A DNA stretch of 63,996 nt, the filler included, from Reclinomonas americana ATCC 50394 (lineage: Eukaryota): assembly GCA_048213135.1 (NCBI GenBank). It is 17 parts of 17 records of this genome, joined end to end, with 100 filler letters (N's around TTAATTAATTAA, not from the genome) between each part and the next. Parts side by side here need not be neighbours in the genome. Positions count along the whole stretch, not along the records: positions 1 to 6,135 come from AFZH01021807.1; positions 6,236 to 8,351 come from AFZH01021808.1; positions 8,452 to 9,997 come from AFZH01021809.1; positions 10,098 to 11,321 come from AFZH01021810.1; positions 11,422 to 13,859 come from AFZH01021811.1; positions 13,960 to 22,708 come from AFZH01021812.1; positions 22,809 to 28,394 come from AFZH01021813.1; 10 more parts are not named here. The stretch is one strand, 5' to 3'. The notes beneath the pieces were generated by a model. The model made no database searches. It saw only the letters and a list, made by a program, of their open reading frames with translations, and was not told the DNA's origin. This document shows, piece by piece, positions 1-28,494 of this stretch (its first letter is position 1; the number at the start of each line of letters is the position of its first letter). A program made the position numbers and the translations under genes.

Positions 1-3000
1 TCGGCGACGCTGGGAGGCAGTGTGAATGCGCAAGGTGGACCGACAGTCACCGTGTCGATTGAGTACTCAACGTCCATGACGTTTGCGAGTGGCGTACTGA
101 CTGCATCTGCAGTGTCACCGACCACCGTCAGCGGCAGCATGGACACGGCTGTGACGGGTAGTGCGACGGGCCTGACACCCAACACGCAGTACTACTTCCG
201 CATTGTGGCCACGACAAGTGGTGGAGCACCTGTGCAGTACAGTGGTGCGCTGCCATTCACCTCGTTGAGACTGCCAGTGCCGGTGGCCAGTAGCGCATCT
301 CCAACAAGTCCAGTGGCAGTGGCTCTCGTTGGCTCCGTAGATCCATCCAGTGCCCCCGCCGTTGCTGTTTCCATGGAGTACTCTACATTTGCGACTTTCG
401 TCATCGGCACAGTGAATCAAGCGACTGGCGTGTCACCTGCTGTGGTCGGTGGCGCATCGTCCGTGTCAGTCTCTGCCTCACTCACTGGCCTCACTCCGGC
501 CACGTCGTACTACTTTCGAGTGGTGGCCAGTGCTGGTGGTGGTGTGCCAGTGCAATCGAGTGCGCCGCTGGCATTCACCACTCCGTCTGCACCCGTGGTT
601 CTCGGCACCAGTGTGGATTCCATCGCGTTCACTGGTGCAACAGTGACAGTCTCCATTGATCCTCAAAATGTGGCGTTGGGGGCTGCGCTTGCCGTTCTTC
701 ATGTGTCCACCGATGCTGCATTCGGGAGCATGAACACAACCACCGTGACTTTGCCGACCATGCCTCCGATCACGGGAACTGTGGCAGTTTCGCTGACCGT
801 GAAGCTGGCGTCCCTCACTCCGGCAACACAGTACTACGTTCGTGCCCGCTGTGTGTTGTCCGGTGGCACGTACAGCGTCACCGGCAGCGTCATTTCCTTT
901 TCCACCGCTCCAGCATGTGCTCAACCGACATTTGGCACCAACTGTGAAGGTTTGCACAGCTGTGTTGATTATCCAACAGATCCATCCGCACTCACACCGT
1001 GCACGTTGTGCATCCAGGTCGTGTCGACTCGCTGTCTCCACTGCTGGTGAATCAGTATGGAACGACCACATTCACGTTGCGCGGCAGTCAATTGCTGCCA
1101 ACAGGTCTGCTCTTACCAGCACTGATTCGCACCTCTGCTTCTTGCCTCTCACTCGCCTCTTCATTCATGCAGATCGGATCCTGTTCACTACAGATCCCGG
1201 CTCGTGCTCCACCACTAGTACTTCTGCTGCAGCACCAGCACTCGCAGCCGATGCATCAAGCACCACTGTGAGTCCGGACGGCAAGCAGTTGACCGTGTCC
1301 GTCCGTGCCACCTCTCTGGCCACTACTGTCAGTCCATCCACTCCGTTATTTGCATGCCTCCAGTTGTGTCAGCGCCTCCTTTTGGTGTTGATGGGCTCTC
1401 CTCGCATCTCACCGCTGTTGGCAGGCGCGCACCATTTGCCATTTCGTACCCTGTGAGCGCAATGGGTATTCGCATCGACAAACAAGGTGAGCCGTGTTTC
1501 GGCAGTAGCATGCATGTGTCACTGCACCATCGTTACTCACTTGTGATAATGCAGAGCCATCCATCACTCGCATATCGCCTTCTGTTCTGAGCAACATGGT
1601 GTCCACACCGGTGACACTGGAAGGACAGCGATTGCCCGAGAGCGACATGTTGGCGCTGCTGGTGGAATCGTCGTCGTCGTGCGCCGGTGGTGTGGCGGCT
1701 GCTGGAACATCACTCGGCGCGTTCTCGGTGACTGCCTCTGGCACCGTTGGCGTGGCGCAGTTCACTCCGTCGCCACTGACCTCGGGATCGCTGCCGTCGT
1801 ACTCGGCGCTGACTTTGTGTGTGCGGTATGAAGAAACGCAGTGGTGCTTCTTGTACGCGTGTGTGCCGTCGATTGACGTGTCTTGGTCTCGGTGCAGGTA
1901 TTCTACGACTGGCTCGTTCCGACTTGTCTCTCGGCTTGACTTAGTCAGCGTAGTTGGTGAATCATACGTGTGGTTGGCTCCCCTTTTGCATGACGCCAAT
2001 TCTCACACGCTGGCGCCACACAGCTCCTGCCGCATCAATAGTGCAGCCAGCGACTGTCACCAATCTGGTGCCGTCTACACTCACCATCACCGGCAATTTG
2101 CTGCCACCGAGTGGAGTTGAAGTTGTCTTGCGACAGAAGACGACCACCGCTGCCTCCGTCAATGCGTGCGCCGTGACGACTGGTGGTGGTCCGCTGTTGA
2201 CTGATGTGGACGACGTGACACTCGGGCAAGTGATGGTGCAAAGTGCCGCACAAGTGACCGTGACAGTGACTCCACTGCGCACTGGCAACAACAGTCCTCC
2301 ACTGCACGAGCGACTGGCGCTGTGTATTCGGTGAGTTGTTGTGATCACCGCTGTGTTCGGGTATCTCACACACTCTCTCGCCAGCATGTCACCGCGCCAT
2401 GCGTTCCAAGAGCTGGGACCAATCGCCGTCGTTGGTTTCGTTTCATTCATTTTCGAAGTGCCCTCCTCCTCTGCGCTCATGCGCCCTCCACAGGGCCCAC
2501 ATTCACAACATTCTCGCCTCGTCAGCTGCGACCAGCAGTTCCATCTGTGGTCACCCTCAACGGCCAATCGTTCCACCCCGACGATCACGTGTTTGTCTTT
2601 GCAAATGGAACCGTCACATCACAAGCAGGCCGTGGTACTCGACACACAACTGCAGCTGCAGCAGGGCCAACGAGGTGCGCGTGATGTATGGCATATATGT
2701 GCATGCGTACTACAATCGCTCTGTGCATTGGGCTCACACACCTCGGCCACAGTACTAGCCGAGCAGCTGCTGACGTGCTGCTGTGTAACGGCCAGAGACT
2801 CAGTGACGCTGTGCTGACCCGAAGCACGTTTGTATCGAGCATCGAACGCACCGTGCTGGTGGAGACCTCGTGGACTGACACGGACTGGCTGATCTGTCTG
2901 CAACCGGCAGGTTTCGATGTGTCGTTGTCTCTCGCAGCCGTGGGGCTCTCCTCGCCCCTGTTGCACATCAGCAGTTGCGTTGTACAGATATGATGCTTGC

Positions 3001-4806
3001 AGTCACTGCAGCTGGCGTTGACTCTTCTTTCAGAGCCGGTTTTGTTTACAGTGACACCCACGGTGGCCTCAGTGGGAACACCGCTTGCGCTGACATTGCA
3101 AGGCACGGGCCTGCTGGCGACGGATTGGTTCACAGTGGTGCCTGCGGGTGTCGACTGTCCCACCTACTCGGATGGTGCACAAGCCACCAGCACCATGGCA
3201 GCGGGCGTCAACTCGTTTGATCGGCCACTGTCGTCCGTCACTGATCCGTTGCGCACGAGCCACACACGCACACTCTCTCGCTCACTCCACAAACAACTCA
3301 CTGTGAGAGTGATCAGCATAACTGGCGAGCTACTGCTGACTGGACGTGTGGCGTTCAGCCAAGCCGGGCAGTTTTCAGTGTGCGTCTTCTTCGATCACGG
3401 TCCGCCGGGCGAGGCGAACTCCAGTGTCAACACCGCGCAGACCGTGACCCGCGCAACAACACTCACTGTGCAACAAGCTGCCTCTACGACAAGCACCGCC
3501 GGTGGTAAGTTTTTCACTCTTCACGCTTCTCGTATTCAACACGCTCACCATCCATTTGCTTCCCGCAGCAACCAGCACCGCGGTCGACAGTGGCAGCGGT
3601 GGCGGATTGAGTCACGTCGCACTGATTGCACTAACGGCAGGGGGAGGCGGTGGAGTGGCGCTGCTGGCGGCACTGCTGCTGGCGTGGTGGTTCCTGTGGC
3701 GACGGCGCAGACAACAACGCAACAAGGGCAAGGTCGGTGTGCAAGTGGCGCCGTTGAAACAGGCACACTTTGCTGTCGCGGATTTCGACAGCAGCGTGGC
3801 TGCATCCACGAGCGTCACCGATCCCGATCTCGCCAGCCTCGACGATGTGGAGTCCAGTCCTCGGCACCGTGGCAAGAGCTCGCCCATCACAGTCGTTGCC
3901 ATGCAATGGCCGCGCATGTATGGAGTGTCACCTACAGCGCCACGCCCAGCGCGAAGGATCGATGAGTACGCACCACCACTGCCGCAGGATCGCGCTCTGG
4001 CGACCCGCCTATTGCGCTTGAGGCTGCAAGCGCACAATCTCGATGACTCTGTCGGCGTGCAGCAGGCGCATCCCTCCGTCCCTCGTGAGTCGCACAGGCT
4101 TCTTGCTTGTGTGTTGTGAAGATATGCTCACTGCGCCCTCTCTCGCAGAGCACTCGGCGCCAACTGCATGGCCAGCCCCGATGACGACGGCCCCCACCGC
4201 ATTGCCACCGCCTGTGCCACTGGCGCTGCATCCATCACGAGCGAGCCCCCACTCTGTGCTGCTTTTCGGTTACCGAGGGTTGCCTCTGCAACATGCTGCG
4301 CCGGCACCACCACCGACGTCGCCCTTCCAGCGCCTGCTCGATTTGCGACAGTCGCTGCCACGAGCACCGCAGGCCATTGTCGCACAAAACCCGCGCCCGC
4401 AGCTGGTTCAGCACGCTCGACAGCTCGCCCTCCAACAACAGTACGAGCCGCAGTTCCTATCCGGCAACAGCTCGTCGCCAATGCCCGGCGACGCGTGGCA
4501 CACGCAAGCACAACAGTCTCCAGCGGCGATGCTGTTCCGTGCTCCGGTGAGAAGTACTCACGCTGCACAATCACCATGGCGCACTCGTCTCACCACTTCT
4601 CTCTCTCACACGCACAGGCGTCGCTGATGATGCACGTGGGCGCTGCGCTGCCATACACACCACCGCTGCACGTGCAACTGCTGAATGCACGAATCGACCG
4701 CCCCGCCTCCCGCTCCAGCCGATTCCGTCTACCCGCTCTCGCCGCCTCGCATGCACACCCGTCGGCCTCACCGTGGCCACACCACCGCCCATATGCATTG
4801 CAGTGA
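1..4806 (+). CDS. Single-pass cell-surface protein with tandem FN3-like and IPT/TIG-like domains and a Pro/Gln-rich cytoplasmic tail (5' truncated, multi-exon)
   Basis: Three FN3-like repeats (TGLTPNTQYYFRIVA, TGLTPATSYYFRVVA, ASLTPATQYYVRA). Ig/IPT-like exons (VDSLSPLLVNQYGTTTFTLRGSQL; LFTVTPTVASVGTPLALTLQGTGL). TM segment followed by a basic stop-transfer (ALLAALLLAWWFLWRRRRQ, ~3610-3720). TGA at 4804-4806. Confidence 0.7.
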
Positions 4807-5453
4807 AACGAATGGAGCAGCAGACAGTTTCCGACGACGCAACGAGCCGCAGCGCGGTCGAGCAGAGTGATGCATATGCTCTCTTGGTAACAACGTCTTT
4901 TGCCGTCACTGTCACACGATCCCAGGGCACCTGCAACCCCCACTCTCCACGCGATTCCTCCTACGCCTCAGCTTCCACACCACGAGAAGGGTGCACTTCC
5001 TGCAACTCCTCAGCTTCCTCCCCACAAACATACAGTCAGAGTGCATGCGAAGTTATCTCAGAGAGAGAGAAAGTGGGCGGTAATACAGTAGTTCCTCCAA
5101 CACTTCAGTTTTCCGCACCACAAACACAGCACACGACAGTTCTCCCTTTGTCGCACGAGAGTCACAATACAACAACCATCGAAGTTGTCCTCTCTTCAGT
5201 GTGTGAGAAGAAAGCTGGCGCGCGGGACGAGTTCGCACCTTGCACGCCACAAACAGGTGTCGCCTTGTCGCACGCGCACGTGGCGAAGTGAAGATAATTC
5301 CCGCATGTCATGCACGTGTCCTGCACGCAACACACACTCGCCGGCACACACACGCACGCGCCACTGCTCTCTCCCCGCACATCCCACCCTTCGCACACAG
5401 CACACATCTCCTTGCCTCTCTCCCTCTCACACAAGAAGAAAACACGCGCGGCC

Positions 5454-10545
<5,092 letters not shown>

Positions 10546-10663
10546 GCTGCGCACCTGCAACCCCTCCTGTTTTTTTCATGTGTGTCTCGCATGTATGTTT
10601 GCAAAACAACAATATCATTCATTCTTATCGCATTTTTTCTCCCTTCTCTCCTTCGTTACTTGC

Positions 10664-22637
<11,974 letters not shown>

Positions 22638-22808
22638 GTGAGTGACGAGTCGCGCGCGCGTGTGTGTATGACAGTGATGATTGTTCGCACAAAGAGTGCT
22701 CGCGACGTNNNNNNNNNNNNNNNNNNNNNNNNNNNNNNNNNNNNNNNNNNNNTTAATTAATTAANNNNNNNNNNNNNNNNNNNNNNNNNNNNNNNNNNNN
22801 NNNNNNNN

Positions 22809-24799
22809 GATCAGTCTCTGTCACTGGCACACGTCCACTCCCTCTTCCCTCACACCCCCTTCCCTCTTTCTATCTCCTCCCCTCTCCACACACAGGATAA
22901 CACGCAGTTGGAGAAGGCCAGCATCATGCCACACCGATACGCCATGTATCACGTGGACCCGTCGCACTCGGAAGCGCGTCTGCGCATTGTGGTCAAGTCG
23001 ACGCGCGCTGACGATCGAGTGACGACCTTTGGCAAGTTCGGGTCGAGAGTGTATGCCTACAATCGCACGTACCAGGCGGTGTCGGAAGTTGCGCTCTCGC
23101 TCTCGGAGGCTACGATCGGCAAGCAAGGCTTTACCGTCCTTTTGTTCGTCGCGCGCAGATCTCGCCATGGGCGTTCCTTGTGCTTCCCGAGGACATGACG
23201 TGCGGTCCACCTACGTATGCAGGTGATTGGCTTGTGGTTGATCCTTGACTGCAAGTGGTGGTGGTGCTGAACCGCATAATGTGGCAGCTGGTACGTGTCA
23301 GCGCCTGTATGTGAGCGTGATGGGCGACAACAAGTTTCCGGCCACCAGTGGAACGTCGGCGTACTCGGTGGTCATCATGTCTGGTGCGTGTTTGTGCGCG
23401 CGCGCCGAGGGCCATCTTGTGTGCTCACTTGAGCGCGCAGACTTTGATTTCAAGGATTTCTCGTGCCCCGACGACAACACTGGCGCGCACGACTGCACCA
23501 AGAGCGCGCTGGTAAAGGTCGGCGGTGCCACCACCGTGTTCGACCCGATTGTCAATCAGGCGGTTCTCCGACTTGTGGACGGGTCGTTGATGCCGACGTC
23601 GGCCAGGAAGGACCAGCTCGGTACGTTCTCCGTCAACTTGACGACGTGCGTATCACAGCCTGATGTGTCTCTCTACCAGGTGGCTGGTTCTACAAGAACC
23701 CGAAGCGTCTGATCGACTCCTTCGACACCATGTTCAAGTTCCGCATTCACACGCAGAGCGAGTGCAACGATCCGCAGGAGTTTCCTCACTGCCACGGCGG
23801 CGATGGCTTTGCCTTTGTCTTGTACGGCGGTGTGGTACGTCTCCGTTGTGGTCCTCATGTCGCATGTCGTCTGCCGAGAGCTGAATGGGTGTTTTTGCTC
23901 CAGTCTGCCAGCGAGTTGCCGAGCGTGATCAAGAACTCTGGTTCCGCACTCGGCTTCGCCTGCACGGATCCGCTCACCGGCTGCAAGACGGGCCTGCAAA
24001 AGAGTTTGGCCGTCGAATTCGACACGTGGATCAACCAAGACAAGACGGATCCTGTGGCGGTGCGTGCGCGTGTGTATACGATCGTTGTCTATGTCAAGCT
24101 CACGCCTCTGTCGCTCCTGCAGGGTGTCCACTATTACAAAAACGCCTCAGGCAAGACCGTCGACTCGTTCCGAGGAAACCATGTGGCGATCTTCTCGTCG
24201 GGTGAGAACCCCAACGGCAATCACCATTACCTGTCGGTGAGTGTCCGCATAGCATGTGCTGAGCAGATAGCCTCTCTCTATCATTCACCCCGCTTCGTGG
24301 CGCGTGCACAGCCTCCTCATCTGGGCACCACGTTATTCATTCCCGACTTGAGGTGTGTAAAGCTATCCAAATGTCATGGGCTCGAACTGCAAAACCTGAC
24401 TCAACCATTCACAGCGACGGACAGGTGCACACGGTGGTGATTCAGTATTCCAAGTCCACTGCCCGTGTGGACGTGTACGTTGACGATCTCGATGTGCCGG
24501 CACTGGCGGCCGAGGTCATTTTCAGTTGCGTGTTCTTCTGCATCCTTGTTGAATATTCACAAGGATGGTCACCAACACCCGTGCGCGCACGAGCAGAGGT
24601 GGACGAGGAGCAGCTGCGCACTGGTCGTGCGTTCATCGGCTTTGTTGGCTCCACCGGCAACACGTACCAGACCGTCGACATTCTGTCGTGGAGGTTCTGC
24701 CAGGCTGTCGGATGCGACAGTTGCGTTGTCGTCGTCGTCGTCTCGCTCCCAAGCTCCACGCACTCCCGCTTACAGACCGTCTGTCTTGCAGTTTTCTAA
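22809..24799 (+). CDS. Protein with a C-terminal L-type (legume-like) lectin domain (5' end in gap)
   Basis: SFDTMFKFRI, GGDGFAFVL, SLAVEFDTW, NHVAI, DLSDGQVHTVVIQY and AFIGFVGSTG..QTVDILSWRF are the hallmark L-lectin motifs in the right order. Confidence 0.85.
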
Positions 24800-24846
24800 T
24801 CCCCACCTCCACTAAGAGTCGCGCTTCACTTGTATGCATTCCGCGC

Positions 24847-27800
24847 TCACCGCTGTAAGACCTTGTACACATCGCGATGATGGCACACATCCTCCTTCTG
24901 CGAGCAATAAAATACGGCCAATCCGTCATCCGGTCGTCTTGCACTGGAGGCCGTCGAGCAGCCACAGTCCTCCCACGAACGCGACTCCACTGTTCCCCCG
25001 CAGGCAATCACCCGATGAGTACGAGCTCACACGCACACTTATTCGAGAAAACATAATCAACGCAACCCCGTTTGCCTCGTCGCAGCAGCATGTCGTATCT
25101 GGCGGCGAGACTGATCACGTCTTCTGAAAGCACCTTGTACGAGCCCTCCTGGAGCACCTTCTTCAGCGCCACGTCCGACACAATCTTGCGCAGCTTCTCT
25201 CGCAGGTTGGGGATTTTCATGCCCTCGGGGATCTGCTTGATCAACTCGACCGCATCCTGCACACATCATCATTTTCACCACCGCATGAGTTACCACTACT
25301 GCGATCATTTTTCTCGTTCAAGTCACGTAACAAACTCGGTGCCGATGTGATCCAACAAGCTGGCAATGTGCTCCGGGTCCTTGACACTCAGCTGGATCAG
25401 GTCCTGCTTCAGACCGACGTCGTTGTGGTCCACCACAAACTCCACCGCCATCCGCACGTTGCGGAGCTTCTCCATGATCAAGTGCAACGCCTGCTTCAGG
25501 TTGCCCATGCGGCCAAGCACATACACCACCTCCTCGTTCCTCCCGTACTGTCTGCGGCGCGAAAGAACGTGAGCAGTGGGGAGGAATAAACCAACCAGGA
25601 TCAACAACGGTATCAACGGAACTCGCAGATGGCCAACGCTCGGTCCAGCATGTAGTGGTCGCTGCGCTCCAAAAACTTGAGAAGCAATTTCTGTTCGCGG
25701 TCTTGCGGAGTATCGTACTTGCAGTACAGCTCAATCTGCATGGGGGTGAACAGACACTCTCTTTTGAGAAACAACAGCATTCCATGGCGAGGACCGGGAG
25801 GAACGCACCTGTCTCTCGTGGAACTGAGCGCCAGCTGCCCTATCCTTCTCAAACAGTGCATGCAAAAAGTAGTGCAGGTTCTCTTCCCGACCAATGGCCT
25901 CCAGTTGTGCCACCACCCGCTCCGGCTGCGACAGCGCATGTCAGGGAACATGCACAAACACACGCAAACACGACACGGCGCGCGACTCAACCTTGATGCG
26001 ATCGGCATTGGCGACAAACAACTCCACGGCCCGCTGCACATTAAATTCGAGCAACTCCTGCAGGCTGTCTTGCACTTCGTGGAACAAGTTGTTTTCGCGA
26101 ATGTAGTCAAAGGCCGACTCCTTGCGGAGCTGTAGATACAGCTGTAGTGTCCGCGTCTGGTTGCCTTGGCGTCGGTACCTGTGGCGTGCCACCGCACGTC
26201 AGTTTCTCTGCTCCACATAATGAAGCACATACAGGCATCGGCGACGCAACAACTCCGCCAAGCCCTCCATCAATAGTTCACGCCCTCGACCTTCCGCAGT
26301 ACGAATGGCGTCCTCAGCGGCCACAATCACCGTGTGCACGTTGTACAGGTCGATTGGCCACGAAAACACGCGTTCCACAAAACGCTCCGGATCCAGAGCG
26401 ATGAAACGCGACAACACCATCTCGTACACCTCGGCCGGCAACGCATCCTCTGGATTCACGTCGAACGGGATGTGCACGGCGATGGCCTGGCATGCCGACG
26501 ACGATGACAAGGTGTGAGACACGTGCTATTCTTTTCCCCCCGACCCCTCTCGTAACGCACCGGTAGTTTGTTCTTCTGGTCAAATGTGTAAATCCACTTC
26601 TCCCACAGCGCCTTGTTGTTGCCAAAAAATCTCTTGCACTGCTCAGCCGCAAAGTCGTAGTCATCTGGGCACGCAAGTCAATCTTTCTTTTTCCACACAT
26701 TTCGCATAGATGAGGACGCAACTTTTCTCCATCAGAGACGTCAGGTAGCTCTCCGCCACCGTCACCAGCGTGTTGGGTGGCAGAATGGCAGCGTTCTGTT
26801 GCGCACACTCCAGAGCCTTGGTGAACCTGCACAAAATAACATGAGGCCACTGCTGACGGAGAAGAAAAAAGGGTACGGACTCAACTCGCTGCGGGTCACC
26901 AGCCACGTAATGTGGTCGTACATGGTCCGATTGCGCACGGCCACAATGTCGTGAGGTGAGACCACATAGTAGGTGGCCACCCCATTGACCACCACCCACT
27001 CCAACGAGTAATCGCGCCAGTCACACTCGTGGTGCCTGTGCAAGTGCGCGCGCGAGATGAGAATCGGTGCGCGGGGACAACGACGACGACGACGACGACA
27101 ACCACTACTCACCCTCGCAGCGGCAACTCGTCCGTCAGATGCTCCTCATTTCTCCTCGAAACGATGCGCACTTCGGGCTTGGCGCCGGTTTGTGCCACGG
27201 GATCGTCAGCCTGCGAGCGAAATCGGCGTCATTGTTCTGCATCGACTGAGATCGTTCATGACAAACACCACCACACGCAACCGGCGCATCGTCTGATCTT
27301 GGGTACGCCACCAGCACCAGCCGGTCGGCGTCGAGTGGTCGGATACCGCATACCGTGTAGTCCGTCATAAACCTGCAAGACACCAATGAGTGAGAATGCT
27401 GGAGGGACAGATAGCACAACAGAGGAGCAACGCAACATGGAGGTGATTTCCATACACCGAGCGGGAAGACCCGAGTCTCGCTGCTCCTGCGTCGTATCCT
27501 GCAAAGAGAAACACGAGCATGGATGAGTAACCTCGGAAGATCGATGGAGAAACACTGACTGGCCGTACCTTGACTTGCGCAATGGTGACCGTGTTGGCCC
27601 AGGCAATCAGCAACCGCACGCCCGTCTCCCACACCAGACTGCACTGGTACAAGTCAGGTCGCAAGTTGCTGGCTGGCCTGTGAATGTTGGTGATCTTTTG
27701 GCCGAGCGACAAATCGTGGACCTACGGGTTTCCACCAGGTTTTCAGCAACGCACCCACCGACTATCTCTCTCACTCTCTCACTCACACTACCCACACACC

Positions 27801-28337
27801 TTGACACCCCGATCATTGGCCCAGGCGATCAGTGGTCCGCACCACGCCACGCGGGTGATGGTGCCCTCGTTCTGATACAACACCGTGTCTTTCGTCGAGA
27901 ACCAACCTGCACAAACACACACGTTCAGCACGGGGAAATGAGAAATGTGGCAAACAAGCCGCACTCACCCTTGGTCGAGAACACCAGCTTCTGCCCCGCT
28001 CCGCCCGACACAAACGGCTTGGAGTTGCGCAGCTTGTACGCCGGATCGAGCGCCACACACCGCAAGCCCTTCTCCTGCTGCGGAAACTCGGCGCTCTCTC
28101 GAGCAAACGTCGTCGTGATCACCACTCGCCCATCATTGGCGCACGTCGCAATCCAGTCACCGCTGTCATCCGTCGACATGTCGTTCACCGGAATGCCCGA
28201 GTGTGGCTTGAATCGTCGCACTTCCTTCCCCTGATGGTCGTACACAATCACCTGTCCGCTGTGCAGTCCAATGGCCTGCAATCATCACACACAGACAGCA
28301 ATGAGCGTGACTGCTGGCCAAGCACAGCCGCGCCTAA

Positions 28338-28394
<57 letters not shown>
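24847..28394 (-). CDS. VPS41: HOPS complex subunit VPS41 (5' end in gap; at least 16 exons; last exon uncertain)
   Basis: IGLHSGQVIVYDHQG, VALDPAY..FVSGG, GWFSTKDTVLYQNEGTITRVAWCGPLIAWANDRGVK, YYVVSPHDIVAV..DHITWL, LWEKWIYTF, VYEMVL, EEVVYVLGRMGNLKQAL and LIKQIPEGMKIPNLREKLRKIVSD. Confidence 0.93.
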
Positions 28395-28494
28395 NNNNNN
28401 NNNNNNNNNNNNNNNNNNNNNNNNNNNNNNNNNNNNNNTTAATTAATTAANNNNNNNNNNNNNNNNNNNNNNNNNNNNNNNNNNNNNNNNNNNN

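Noticed and set aside
4773..5291. 172-aa ORF between the FN3 gene and TBC1D5
   Set aside because: No recognisable motif; may be UTR or intergenic sequence.
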